Assembly: GCA_002763075.1 (NCBI GenBank)
Contig: PFDB01000015.1
Coordinates: forward strand, 5,747 to 69,746
Length of the DNA: 64,000 nucleotides
Origin: Candidatus Pacearchaeota archaeon CG10_big_fil_rev_8_21_14_0_10_34_76
GTDB taxonomy: Archaea; Nanobdellota; Nanobdellia; Pacearchaeales; GW2011-AR1
Reading direction: 5' to 3'
Shown: positions 1 to 9,949 of the stretch, piece by piece
Layout: every line of letters starts with the position of its first letter
Position numbering within the stretch: position 1 is the stretch's first letter
The notes under the pieces: generated by a model
What the model was told of the DNA's origin: nothing
What the model saw: the letters and a program-made list of their open reading frames with translations, nothing else
Database searches by the model: none
Made by a program: the position numbers and the translations under genes

Positions 1-110
1 TATGAAATATGTGATGATTACAATAAATATAATTAAGAGAAAGAAAAATACTAATAAAGAAGGTACAAAAAATCAAGACTGATTAACATTAATTTTACAT
101 CAGAAACTTA

Positions 111-184
111 AGCCTCTAGGGGGAATCGAACCCCCGACCCCCAGTTTACGAAACTGGTACTCTAACCTGCTGAGCTATAGAGGC
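111..184 (-). tRNA. tRNA-Thr(CGT), CCA not encoded
   Basis: Reverse complement GCCTCTATAGCTCAGCAGGTTAGAGTA-CCAGT TTCGTAA ACTGG-GGGTCGGGGGTTCGATTCCCCCTAGAGGCT folds as a cloverleaf; anticodon CGT, TTCGA T-loop, U discriminator typical of archaeal Thr. Confidence 0.95.
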
Positions 185-228
185 GTAAAAATGGAAATAT
201 TTAAAACCTTAAAAGTGTATTGTTTTTA

Positions 229-1353
229 ATGGTTTTAAGAGAGGGGTTGAAGGTATTAACGGTTTTCTCACTATTGTTAGTAGGAATTCTTTTTTTTGCC
301 TTTTCTGCTAGTGCAGATGTAGAAAGCCAAACTTCTGCAATTAATGGTGTTTTTCCAGATCAGAAAGAATCTGAAGTTCATGTAGGTGATGTTGGAGAAG
401 ATGAAAAACAAATTAAGGATATAATCAAATCAGGTATTGGAGGAGAGATAATCAAATCGGATATTAGAAGAGGTTCAGGAGGTTCTGGTATTAGAGCTAC
501 AAAATTAATAAATGCGGACTCTGGAAGTAGTTTAGAGAAAAAATTTACATTTACAGGAATTATGAATGATTATGATGGGAACACTCTGAAGGCAAGTTTA
601 ATTTATATTTCTGGTGAGGTGATTGATAAGATTGAATTCAATAATTTTACAGATGGGCCTGAAAATCCATTTTTTGAGATATTAATTGATACCCCTGTCT
701 CTGAGCAGAAATATATTGGGAATCCAAGTAATGTTGTATTGAATTTCCATTTGAATAACGAATATTTTGAAGAAAACGGGTATGATCTTGATATGAATTA
801 TTGTATATTAAGTTTGAATGCCCCTTCCGTTAAGGATACTAGAAGCATAAGATTTTCAGAGAATTCGTTTGAAAATAGTAAGGCATTTTCTTTTACACCT
901 GGAAATTATTGGATGCAGGTCGTATGTTCAAACAAAGATGCAGGGTTTGGGTTTAGCAAATTAGTCAAATTCAAAGTTTTGAATTCAATTGGGTCTGAAG
1001 AAGGAAACTCTGGATTTTCTTCTTCTGGAAGGACATGTAAGAATGAGTGGATTTGTGGAGAATGGAGTGAATGTAATGCTGGAGAACAGACAAGATTGTG
1101 TGAGTCAGAAAAGAAGGAAGGATGTTATACAATTATTTCTGCTAAGCCTGCTGAAATTCAGGGCTGTACAGAATTAGTATCTGAAGCTATAGAAGAGACT
1201 GATGAAGTGCCGCCACAGGGAGCCCTAGCTAGGATAACTGGTGCTGTCGTTGGTTTTGCAGGAGCAGCAGGGATTTGGGGAGCAATATTATTCATTGCTG
1301 TCATTGCAGGAGCTGCTGGAGCTATTGCAGTGAGGAATAAACTGAAAAAATAA
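229..1353 (+). CDS. Secreted/membrane-anchored surface protein with Cys-rich TSP1-like module
   Basis: N-terminal signal peptide; CKNEWICGEWSEC...QTRLC module; ITGAVVG then C-terminal TM helix and basic tail; ATG 229 preferred over TTG 220. Confidence 0.75.
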   Translation: MVLREGLKVLTVFSLLLVGILFFAFSASADVESQTSAINGVFPDQKESEVHVGDVGEDEKQIKDIIKSGIGGEIIKSDIRRGSGGSGIRATKLINADSGSSLEKKFTFTGIMNDYDGNTLKASLIYISGEVIDKIEFNNFTDGPENPFFEILIDTPVSEQKYIGNPSNVVLNFHLNNEYFEENGYDLDMNYCILSLNAPSVKDTRSIRFSENSFENSKAFSFTPGNYWMQVVCSNKDAGFGFSKLVKFKVLNSIGSEEGNSGFSSSGRTCKNEWICGEWSECNAGEQTRLCESEKKEGCYTIISAKPAEIQGCTELVSEAIEETDEVPPQGALARITGAVVGFAGAAGIWGAILFIAVIAGAAGAIAVRNKLKK

Positions 1354-1386
1354 TTTCTTGACAAAATATTTAAACAATTAATCTGA

Positions 1387-1884
1387 ATGAAAAATATGAA
1401 TAATAAAATTGTAAAAGATATGTTTGTAAAAGCTATTATTGTGTTGGCCATATTATCTGCAGTGATCTTACTAATAGGACCGACAATAACTGGTAATTTT
1501 CTAGGAATTTTTCCAGAAAAGAATTCTGGTCAAGGGACTGCATGGGCAACTGAAGATGTGAGTTATGAACAGCTTCCAGGATATATTGAGAGAAGCCAGT
1601 TTATGGAAAGTTTTCCTTCTGAAGGAAAGGCATTACTTATCGTCGGGGAAGAGAAGTTTACTATAAAAAAAGGTTCTGTTATAAGAGGAGATATTCAATA
1701 TCCGGATATGATAATAAGATTCCCTGAAAAATATCTTGATACACTTGGAAAGAGAGGATTATGTAATACAGTCAGGGAAGCCGAGGATAAAGGAGATCTT
1801 GCTATTCAACTTCAAGCATCTGAATTAGAATTGGCTTGGAAATATAAGGGAATGTTCAAATACAAAAATTGTTTAGGTTTTTAA
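1387..1884 (+). CDS. Membrane-anchored hypothetical protein, possible SCP2-like domain
   Basis: N-terminal TM followed by ITG motif; FTIKKGSVIRGDIQYPDMII resembles SCP2-type segments (weak). Confidence 0.55.
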   Translation: MKNMNNKIVKDMFVKAIIVLAILSAVILLIGPTITGNFLGIFPEKNSGQGTAWATEDVSYEQLPGYIERSQFMESFPSEGKALLIVGEEKFTIKKGSVIRGDIQYPDMIIRFPEKYLDTLGKRGLCNTVREAEDKGDLAIQLQASELELAWKYKGMFKYKNCLGF

Positions 1885-2007
1885 TCCTCGGTAGTTATAC
1901 CTAGATTAGTCATCAAATTATAGTTGTGAAATTTATGCAACCAATGAAAAGATTTATAAATGAGTTGTAATTAATGATAGTATAAAATTTTTATTTTATA
2001 AAAAGAG

Positions 2008-3567
2008 ATGATGAACAAACAAGCGCGTGCATTTTTGTATGGCTCAATTATTTTTGTAGCAGTTTTATCTATCATTCTAATTATTGGACTTGTTTTTGCA
2101 ACTACTGGCCACACTGCAAAAAATGCTGTTACTGAAACAACTGCATTTGGAAACGTGATTGAGGATAGTCTTTCAGTGGTTTACAATATTTCTATAAACA
2201 ACACTGCTACATTATGGCCTGAAAATATTACTCTCGTTAATGTTACACTTCCTAGTGGATTTGTATTCATTATAGGAACGAACTCGGAAGATTCTCCTTT
2301 TACTTCTGTCTTTGATTTCAATAATGGAAGTGTTGCAAGTGTACAATGGTCTAATACATCATATGCATTAATGCAAAATTTGACCTTAGCTAGATTCAGC
2401 TTTAATGCGACGGCACCTACACCTGGAACATATAACTTTACAGTCAATGTAACACAGAATGGTACATTAACAACCCTTTCACAAATTTCTGTGACTGTGA
2501 ACAATAGTATTATGTTTGGGACAAATACTAACAGTTCTATGAATTCAACCACGGGTAAAATAAGTGCTAATATTACAACTGATGCGAGTGTTCCAATAGA
2601 TACATTGACTGTTGTTCTTTACAACTCAACAAATGATGCAGTAAATACTTCAAATCATGTAGGAAGAGTTAGATATCTTCAATATACTGGTCTGGCAGAT
2701 GGGTTGTATCATGTAAATGCAACTGCAAATTATACAAATTCTCTTACTGGTGCTCTTGCATTTCCAATAACTCAAAGGAATCTAAGAATTGATAGTACTG
2801 TCCCTGTAGTTACATTAACTAGGTCAACCACTTCAACAGATAGTCAGATTGTATTGGATATAGCGTATACTGAAACTGGAAGTGGAGTCAGTTCTTGCGT
2901 ATCCAATAGAGGAACTGTTTCAGGGACGACGGTTACTAATACTGGATTGACTTGCGGAACTTCCTACAATTATGTAATCGATTGTGATGATTATACTGGA
3001 AACCAGGGAACTGCTACTGGCGCATTCTCCACAGATGAATGTTCGTCTTCCGGAGGAAGTGGTTCTGGAAGTGGAAGTGGTTCAAGTTGGACAAATACTT
3101 ATGTTGAAGATAGCTCTGAGTTAAGTGATCTCGGTAGTGTAGATAAGTCATTGAAAGCTAAGGAGAGAGTAAGAGTCAAAATAGGAACTGAGAAGCATCA
3201 TGTTGGAGTGCTTAGCATAAGTGGAGAGACAGCTACAATAGAAGTTTCAAGCACACCACAACAAGCAGTGTTCAATGTTGGAGATGTCAAAAAGTTTGAT
3301 GTTGATGCAAATGGATATTATGATATAAGTGTTACATTAAGCTCAATCGAAGCCAATAAAGCTAATGTGGTTATAATGGCTGTAAATGAGAAGGTAACAA
3401 CTGTTGAAGAAGAAAAGAAGGACCTTCCTGAAAGTCCTGGAACAGAATCTGCAGGAAGCGAGACAGTAAGCGAAGGTAAAAGCAGTACTGGATGGATAAT
3501 TGGGATAATTGTGGCAGTATTGGTTGTTGGTGCAATAGTATTCTTTGTAATAAAAAGGAAAAAATAA
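2008..3567 (+). CDS. Cell-surface glycoprotein with Ig-like domains and C-terminal TM anchor
   Basis: Signal peptide, many N-x-S/T sequons, Ser/Gly linker SSSGGSGSGSGSGSS, C-terminal TM + KRKK. Confidence 0.8.
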   Translation: MMNKQARAFLYGSIIFVAVLSIILIIGLVFATTGHTAKNAVTETTAFGNVIEDSLSVVYNISINNTATLWPENITLVNVTLPSGFVFIIGTNSEDSPFTSVFDFNNGSVASVQWSNTSYALMQNLTLARFSFNATAPTPGTYNFTVNVTQNGTLTTLSQISVTVNNSIMFGTNTNSSMNSTTGKISANITTDASVPIDTLTVVLYNSTNDAVNTSNHVGRVRYLQYTGLADGLYHVNATANYTNSLTGALAFPITQRNLRIDSTVPVVTLTRSTTSTDSQIVLDIAYTETGSGVSSCVSNRGTVSGTTVTNTGLTCGTSYNYVIDCDDYTGNQGTATGAFSTDECSSSGGSGSGSGSGSSWTNTYVEDSSELSDLGSVDKSLKAKERVRVKIGTEKHHVGVLSISGETATIEVSSTPQQAVFNVGDVKKFDVDANGYYDISVTLSSIEANKANVVIMAVNEKVTTVEEEKKDLPESPGTESAGSETVSEGKSSTGWIIGIIVAVLVVGAIVFFVIKRKK

Positions 3568-3604
3568 ACTACAAGTTTATTAATCTGGATTTCTATTAAT
3601 TAAA

Positions 3605-5275
3605 ATGAGAGATAAAGTTGTTAAGTTGATTGCAAGTGCTACAAAACTTTCTGAAAAAAAAGTAGAAGAGATTTTAGAAGTTCCAAAGGATTTTGAGATG
3701 GGAGATTATGCGTTCCCTTGTTTTTCATTGGCTAAAGAGCTGAAAAAGAATCCAGCTATCATCTCTAAAGAAATTTCAGAGAAGATAAAACCTGAAAGGG
3801 ATTTTGAGAAAATTGAAGCGGTGGGTGCATATGTTAACTTCTTTGTGAATCCAATAGAATTCTCTAAGGAGGTTATTAAACAAATCAAATTTAAAGGGGA
3901 TTTGTATGGTTCTGGTAATCAAGGAAAGGGAAAGAGCGTAGTTGTTGAATTTTCATCTCCGAATATAGCAAAGCCGTTTGGGATAGGCCATTTAAGATCA
4001 ACTATAATAGGCAATTCTATTGCAGAGATAAGCAAGTTTCAGGGTTTTAAGAGCATTAGAATAAATTATATGGGTGATTGGGGAACGCAATTTGGAAAGT
4101 TGATTGTGGGATATAAAATGTGGGGAAGTGAGGGCAAATTGAAGTCTGACCCTATAAAACACCTTCTTGAACTCTATGTAAGGGTTAGCCAGGAAGGACT
4201 TGAAAAAGAATCAAGAGAATGGTTTAGAAAACTTGAATCTGGAGATAGGGATGCAAGAAGGCTATGGGGCAAGTTCAGGAGTATAAGCATCAAGGAATTT
4301 GATAAGATATATGCTCGTCTTGGAGTGAAGTTTGATGTTATATCTGGCGAATCAGATTATAATGATAATATAGAGGGCGTTGTAGGTGCTCTTGAGAAGA
4401 AGAAATTATTAAAGGATAGTGATGGAGCTAAGATAGTTGATTTAAATGAACTCGGTCTTGGCGTGTGCTTAATAAAAAAAAGTGATGGGGCAACATTATA
4501 TGCTACCAGAGATCTTGCTGCTGCAATTGAGAGATATAAAAAATATAAGTTTCATAGGATGATATATGAGGTTGGGAGTGAGCAGAGACTTCATTTTAAT
4601 CAGATATTCAAAGTTTTGGAGCTTATGGGAAATGACTGGGCAAAGAGATGTGAACATGCAGATCATGGACTTTATCTTGATTCTGATGGGAAAAAATTTG
4701 CAACAAGGAAAGGAAAAACGGTATTTATGGAGGATATTCTTGATGAGACTACTATGCTTGCTGAGAAAGAGATATTAAAGAGAGATAAGTCATTGTCTAA
4801 GAAAGAACTTAAGAATAGAGCTGAGAGAATAGCTATATCTGCAATATTCTATGGAGATTTGAAGAATTATAGAAAAAATGATATTGTCTTTGACTTGAAA
4901 AGATTTGTTTCATTTGAAGGAGATACTGGACCCTATTTGTTGTATAGCTATGCGAGAGCAAAAAGTATATTGCGCAAAAAGAAAGGAATATCTGAGGATA
5001 GTTTAGGTTATGTCCCAAATAAGCAGGAGAAAGCACTTGCTCTAATTCTTGGAAAATTCCCGGACGTTGTGAATGAAGCGTATAATAATCTTTCCCCTAA
5101 TGTAATAGCTAATTATTCTTATGACCTCTCTAGAGCATTTAATGAGTTTTATCATGAATCTCAGGTCATTGGGTCTCCAGAAGAAAAATTTAGACTTGAA
5201 CTGGTTGAGTGTTTTTCTCAAGTTCTAAAAAATTCATTAAGGTTGTTGGGAATAAATGTTCTTGAGAAAATGTAA
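3605..5275 (+). CDS. argS: Arginine--tRNA ligase
   Basis: VEFSSPNIAKPFGIGHLRSTIIG, NYMGDWGTQFG, KSDGATLYATRDLA, GDTGPYLLYSYAR. Confidence 0.97.
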   Translation: MRDKVVKLIASATKLSEKKVEEILEVPKDFEMGDYAFPCFSLAKELKKNPAIISKEISEKIKPERDFEKIEAVGAYVNFFVNPIEFSKEVIKQIKFKGDLYGSGNQGKGKSVVVEFSSPNIAKPFGIGHLRSTIIGNSIAEISKFQGFKSIRINYMGDWGTQFGKLIVGYKMWGSEGKLKSDPIKHLLELYVRVSQEGLEKESREWFRKLESGDRDARRLWGKFRSISIKEFDKIYARLGVKFDVISGESDYNDNIEGVVGALEKKKLLKDSDGAKIVDLNELGLGVCLIKKSDGATLYATRDLAAAIERYKKYKFHRMIYEVGSEQRLHFNQIFKVLELMGNDWAKRCEHADHGLYLDSDGKKFATRKGKTVFMEDILDETTMLAEKEILKRDKSLSKKELKNRAERIAISAIFYGDLKNYRKNDIVFDLKRFVSFEGDTGPYLLYSYARAKSILRKKKGISEDSLGYVPNKQEKALALILGKFPDVVNEAYNNLSPNVIANYSYDLSRAFNEFYHESQVIGSPEEKFRLELVECFSQVLKNSLRLLGINVLEKM

Positions 5276-5329
5276 TATTGTGTTCTTTAATATCACAAAG
5301 GTTAAAAACCCGTAATTTTAAATGATAAC

Positions 5330-5509
5330 ATGGAAATAGAGGTTTTACTTACAATAAGTGCATCGCTTTTAGCATTCATATTCGTGATATTACTCTTAAT
5401 ATTTGCACTTAAGACTCCTAGTAGACCGAGAGGGAATCCTGAAAGGGTATCTTCTGAGTTGAATAAGATAAAAGACCAGATAAATGGTCATGACGACGAA
5501 GAGTGGTGA
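5330..5509 (+). CDS. Small single-TM protein (59 aa, not in ORF track)
   Basis: MEIEVLLTISASLLAFIFVILLLIFALKTPSRPRG...HDDEEW*; TATA-like AAAGGTTAAAAA about 30 nt upstream. Confidence 0.6.
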   Translation: MEIEVLLTISASLLAFIFVILLLIFALKTPSRPRGNPERVSSELNKIKDQINGHDDEEW

Positions 5510-5647
5510 TTTTTTATGATTTTATTCGTTATTGATTCTTCAGTATCGTGTATTTAATGTTGTCTGATGATTTTGTCAATAATCTTTCTATGTTTTCACA
5601 ATTCTGGAAGAATTAAAACATTTAAATAGTGTGAGGAAGATTAATTT

Positions 5648-5908
5648 GTGTAGGCAAGCTGGCGCGCTAGCCCTGCGCTATCTGCAAATGGGCTTTATGG
5701 CAGGCTTAAAGGAGTGCGTGATGCAGAAGCATATTAGTCTTCAGCCGGACGTTGAAGCTTTGTCCTGTTCGACCGTACTCCTGTGAAATGGGTCAGGCCT
5801 TGATCGGAGCAGCCCTAAGCAGAAGTTTCGGTGCTTATAGGGTAGCAAAGCAGAGAAAGGTTTGAAGGGTGCTGATGTGCCCAAGCTGAGCAATCTCCCC
5901 GCCTACAC
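5648..5908 (+). ncRNA. ffs: Signal recognition particle (7S) RNA, compact form
   Basis: Terminal helix GTGTAGGC/GCCTACAC; Alu-like hairpins with complementary loops AGCCC/GGGCT; helix-8 motif GTCAGGCC...GGAGCAGC; TATA TTTAAATA at 5621-5628; GC-rich island. Confidence 0.9.
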
Positions 5909-6240
5909 TAATATGGCTGAAAAGAGATTTTATCTGTAAAATTCTCTCCCTTGTAGATTATTTCTACCTTTTCTGTTGTACCTGAAATAGTAATTCTTGC
6001 TTTAGTAAAATCTTCTAAATTTGCATTTAGCTGATTAAGTCTCCAATGGAACCACTCAATTTTTTCATGATACATTTTCCAAAGGCTATCCTCTCCTATT
6101 CCGATTACCTCCTTACTTAGTAAATTGACTTTTATCTTTCCTGGGAACTTAAGGTTATGCAATGGATTTCTCCATTCTAAATATCTTAAAAGATCGTGGA
6201 TGATACCCTTAACGTCTTTTTTTCTCATCTCTGAAAACAC
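5908..6240 (-). CDS. Hypothetical protein
   Basis: 110-aa ORF filling the intergenic space, converging on the SRP RNA 3' end. Confidence 0.6.
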   Translation of the reverse strand: MFSEMRKKDVKGIIHDLLRYLEWRNPLHNLKFPGKIKVNLLSKEVIGIGEDSLWKMYHEKIEWFHWRLNQLNANLEDFTKARITISGTTEKVEIIYKGENFTDKISFQPY

Positions 6241-6304
6241 TCAATTTTAATACTTAAATTCTTCTGAAGCATAATATTAAAAACATTATTGTCCTTTTTG
6301 TTTT

Positions 6305-6838
6305 ATGAGTGTGATGAACAAAAGAGGGCAATTTTTTCTTATTGCAGCATTGGTAATAGTTGGAGTTCTGATTGGACTATCTGTAGTTGTGAATGAAGTT
6401 ATTGTCAAAGAAGATAAAGAATATTTTTATGACATTTCTAGTGAAGTAGGATATGAAACCAAAAGAGTGATGGATTTTGGAGAGTATAGGGACGGGTTTG
6501 AATCTAAAGAGCTGACAAGCAGGTTCTTGTTTGATTATGTAAATTATATAGGACAAGATCCAGTGATATTTATATATGGGAATAGCACAGATGTTTCTGC
6601 ATTTGTGTTTCAAGAGCAAGATGTGGGTTCAATAGGATTAAACACTGGAGAAGAAAAGATCATCCCAATACAGAAGAGGAAGGATGGTGGAAAAGAAGCA
6701 AATGTTCTTGTAAAAAATGGAAAAGTGAGTATTGAAATAGATAGCGTGAATCATGAGTTTGAGATGAATGAGGGAAATAATCTGTTTTACATAATCATGA
6801 GGGAGGAGAATGATGAAAAGCTTGTTGCTGAAGGATAA
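6305..6838 (+). CDS. Type IV pilin-like protein (class III signal peptide)
   Basis: NKRG|QFFLIAALVIVGVLIG. Confidence 0.8.
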   Translation: MSVMNKRGQFFLIAALVIVGVLIGLSVVVNEVIVKEDKEYFYDISSEVGYETKRVMDFGEYRDGFESKELTSRFLFDYVNYIGQDPVIFIYGNSTDVSAFVFQEQDVGSIGLNTGEEKIIPIQKRKDGGKEANVLVKNGKVSIEIDSVNHEFEMNEGNNLFYIIMREENDEKLVAEG

Positions 6839-7331
6839 GATGGGAGTTAGTATAATGGTAGGGTATGTCTTGCTTATAGTCATGGCTATCGGTATGGCAG
6901 GCATCGTGTATTCTTACCTCAAGTTTTATGTTCCTTCTGATAGGGCGGAATGCCCTGAAGATGTAAACCTTGCAATAGCCGAAGCAAGTTGTATTGGAGG
7001 AATACTTAGTATAAGCCTTGAAAATCGTGGATTGTTCAGCGTTGATGGAGCTTATGTTAAGATAGGAGAAGCTAATAGAACAGTTAGAGAGACAATGTGT
7101 TTCAATGGACCTCCTAGTGGAAATAATCAGTGCGATATTATTTTTGGGCTTGGGATAGAAGGATTAAAGCCAGGAGAGTTTTTAGATAAATCTTTTGATT
7201 ATAGTGCTTATGGTAACGAATATTTGCCTGGAGAGAAAGAGCTTGAAATACAGCCAGTTGTTATAAACAAAAAAAATGAGTGGCTGATATGCAAACAGGC
7301 AATAGTAACAAAGACTATAAGATGCACGTAA
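6810..7331 (+). CDS. Type IV pilin-like protein
   Basis: DKMG|VSIMVGYVLLIVMAI archaeal pilin N-terminus. Confidence 0.8.
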   Translation: MMKSLLLKDKMGVSIMVGYVLLIVMAIGMAGIVYSYLKFYVPSDRAECPEDVNLAIAEASCIGGILSISLENRGLFSVDGAYVKIGEANRTVRETMCFNGPPSGNNQCDIIFGLGIEGLKPGEFLDKSFDYSAYGNEYLPGEKELEIQPVVINKKNEWLICKQAIVTKTIRCT

Positions 7332-7362
7332 CAATTAAAAAGCAAGGGAGACTATATTGATT

Positions 7363-8847
7363 ATGCTTAAAAAAAGAGGTATAAGTCCAATCATAGCAAG
7401 TGTTTTGCTTGTATTGATTGTTGTAGTGCTTGCAGCTATTTTTGCAGTTTATGGATTGCCTTTTGTACAGAATTTATTTGGAAGTGAAGATTGTTTTGAA
7501 GTGCTTGGAGATATTAATTTTGACAAGTCATCCAATTATAATTGTTATTATGACGACGAGAGTGGACAAAAAAGGACTGGATTTTCTGTGAAGATTGATA
7601 ATGAGGGAGTGAAGGGATTTAGAGTTGGATTATTGCATGAAGGATCTTCAGATGTGATTGATATAACTCAGGATTCAACTTTTCCAATTATTAGGATGAT
7701 TGATGGGGTTTTTGGTGGAGCATTAAATATAAACAATAAAGGTGGAGTTAGAATATATGTTGCAAATGGAATTTTTGAAAGGATTGACATGTTTCCTATT
7801 CTTTCAAATGGAAAAGTATGTACTGATTCAAGCAAGGCTCTTGAGCCTGTAGAATGTCTTGATATAGATGTGAGGAATAGCTTGCATGATGATGAGGGAG
7901 ATAGTGGAAATGGAGAATGTACATTAAATAGCGCTTATTGGTCTAATTCTAATGGGGGAGCTCTTAGTATATTGACTGTAGATGAGGGAACAAGAGTTTA
8001 TCTTACAACAACTGGAAGTGAGGAATGTAATGATAAAGATGTTAATCTTGAGATATGGGAGGATGATTCATCAGATCCTGATAAATTGAATTATTCTCCT
8101 ACAGCAACATTTGTTAATGGAAAAGCAATAGTTTCATGGGATGCAGAATGGCAATGTGATGGATTTAACCTTTTTGGATATTGCTTCTCGGATCCCCCTG
8201 AATATTACTTTGAGTCTAGTCTTGTAGAAGACAATTCTAAGAGTATAAGTAGCTCTAAAATTGAAGAAGATGAATTAAAAGTTCTTAGAACTGAACCAGT
8301 GTGTGGTAATCAGAGGATTGAATCTGGAGAAACTTGTGATCCTCCTAGTGATGATGAAGTTTCTTGTCAGACTTCCGAAGGGTATGATGGGACAAGAACC
8401 TGCTTGAACAGTTGCCAATATGATGAATGTAATACTGACCAATTCTGTGGGGATGGAGAGGTTAATGGTGGTGAGAACTGCATAACTTGTCCTGAAGATG
8501 CTGGACAATGTCCTCAGTGTACATTAGATTCAGATTGTGATGATAATAATATTTGTAATGGTCAAGAAACCTGTGATGTTGATGGGCAATGTGTTTCTGG
8601 AACACAATTACAATGTGGAGTTTATCAGTGTTATCCTGATACTGGATGTGGTTTCTGCGGAGATGGAGAGGTTAATGGTGATGAACAGTGTGAAATAGGA
8701 GATAGTCGGTTGTGTTTGTCAGATGGAACAAGTGGAGATGCAGGAGGATTGGGAGGATTTAGTGGAATGGCACCGGGAAGTGGAAATGATGGAACGCAAA
8801 CATGCACTGCTCAATGCACATGGGATGAATGTGTTGCTGACCCATGA
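7363..8847 (+). CDS. Type IV pilin with C-terminal Ig-like and Cys-rich (CGDG) repeat extension
   Basis: KKRG|ISPIIASVLL; CGNQRIE/CGDGEVNG repeats; pilin domain paralogous to 9391. Confidence 0.85.
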   Translation: MLKKRGISPIIASVLLVLIVVVLAAIFAVYGLPFVQNLFGSEDCFEVLGDINFDKSSNYNCYYDDESGQKRTGFSVKIDNEGVKGFRVGLLHEGSSDVIDITQDSTFPIIRMIDGVFGGALNINNKGGVRIYVANGIFERIDMFPILSNGKVCTDSSKALEPVECLDIDVRNSLHDDEGDSGNGECTLNSAYWSNSNGGALSILTVDEGTRVYLTTTGSEECNDKDVNLEIWEDDSSDPDKLNYSPTATFVNGKAIVSWDAEWQCDGFNLFGYCFSDPPEYYFESSLVEDNSKSISSSKIEEDELKVLRTEPVCGNQRIESGETCDPPSDDEVSCQTSEGYDGTRTCLNSCQYDECNTDQFCGDGEVNGGENCITCPEDAGQCPQCTLDSDCDDNNICNGQETCDVDGQCVSGTQLQCGVYQCYPDTGCGFCGDGEVNGDEQCEIGDSRLCLSDGTSGDAGGLGGFSGMAPGSGNDGTQTCTAQCTWDECVADP

Positions 8848-8865
8848 TGAATTTATTTAGATTAA

Positions 8866-8902
8866 AAAGATATAAAAAGAATTTTTGTTAGGTATAAATA
8901 TG
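8866..8902 (+). promoter_or_regulatory. BRE/TATA promoter of pilin 8900 (duplicated at 9357)
   Basis: AAAGATATAAAAAGAATTTTTGTTAGGTATAAATATG. Confidence 0.7.
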
Positions 8903-9346
8903 AAAAAAAGAGGTCTTAGTCCAATAATTGCTACGGTTCTGCTTATTGCTATTGTTTTTGTACTAGCAGCAATAATATTTTTATGGGCAAGAGGATTTGC
9001 TGCTGAGAAAGTTGCAAAATTTGGAGAGCCTGTTCAGAGAGCGTGCGATAGGGTAAAATTTGAGGCAGGGATATATGATGACGGAGGTACATTGGAGATA
9101 AATAATCAAGGAGAAATCCCTCTTTTTGGATTTGACGTGAGAAAATTAAAATCTGGTGAAGAGACTGTAACCGAATATACTGAAAGATCTATTGGGAGTG
9201 GGGAATCTACCACTATTGACATATCTGAGGGAGGTTTTTCTGCAGGAGATGATTTGATTGTAATTCCCATAGTATTAGGACAGGCTGATGCTGGAAAGGT
9301 TGCATATTCATGTGAAGATAATGTTGGAATCTATCTCACAGTTTAA
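8900..9346 (+). CDS. Archaeal type IV pilin (major pilin candidate)
   Basis: MKKRG|LSPIIATVLLIAIV. Confidence 0.9.
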   Translation: MKKRGLSPIIATVLLIAIVFVLAAIIFLWARGFAAEKVAKFGEPVQRACDRVKFEAGIYDDGGTLEINNQGEIPLFGFDVRKLKSGEETVTEYTERSIGSGESTTIDISEGGFSAGDDLIVIPIVLGQADAGKVAYSCEDNVGIYLTV

Positions 9347-9356
9347 TTATTCAGAG

Positions 9357-9393
9357 AAAGATATAAAAAGAAGTTTTGATGAATATAAATATG
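9357..9393 (+). promoter_or_regulatory. BRE/TATA promoter of pilin 9391
   Basis: AAAGATATAAAAAGAAGTTTTGATGAATATAAATATG, 32/37 identical to 8866-8902. Confidence 0.7.
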
Positions 9394-9948
9394 GTGATAA
9401 ATAAAAGAGGTATAAGTCCTATAATTGCTACAGTGCTTATTCTCCTTATTACTTTCGTGGCCATCAGTATTCTGGCTGTGTTTGTAGTGCCTTTCGTGAG
9501 TGAAAGTCTGGAAGGAAGTGAGGAATGTTTTGATATTCTTGGACATGTGACATTTGATGAGAGCCCATATAATTGTAATATTGGGGGGACACTGGGGGAT
9601 GGAAGTGAAGGTGAGAGGACTGGATTTTCAGTTAGAGTTGGAGGAGAGGATATTTCTGGACTTAAGATTGCATTATATAATGAGGGAAGTTCTGAAGTTG
9701 TTGAATTTTTAAATGGCACTATAGGAAACACTCTTTCTTCAAAACTTAGAATGTTGAATGGACTCTTTAGTGAGGGACTTGAAATGCCTAAGAAAGGCGG
9801 AGTTAGGACATATGTTGCTGAAGGTCTTTTTGAAAAGATAGAAGTGAGTGCAAGATTGAAATCAGGAAAAACTTGTGATTTAAGTGATTCTATAGAATTG
9901 AATACTTGTTTAGATAATGATGCAGTTAGCAAGATCCTCGCAAGTTAA
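9391..9948 (+). CDS. Archaeal type IV pilin
   Basis: NKRG|ISPIIATVLILLI. Confidence 0.9.
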   Translation: MVINKRGISPIIATVLILLITFVAISILAVFVVPFVSESLEGSEECFDILGHVTFDESPYNCNIGGTLGDGSEGERTGFSVRVGGEDISGLKIALYNEGSSEVVEFLNGTIGNTLSSKLRMLNGLFSEGLEMPKKGGVRTYVAEGLFEKIEVSARLKSGKTCDLSDSIELNTCLDNDAVSKILAS

Positions 9949-9949
9949 A

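Noticed and set aside
111..184. tRNA-targeted integrative element
   Set aside because: No duplicated tRNA 3' end and no integrase seen; the tRNA's downstream side is mostly outside the window
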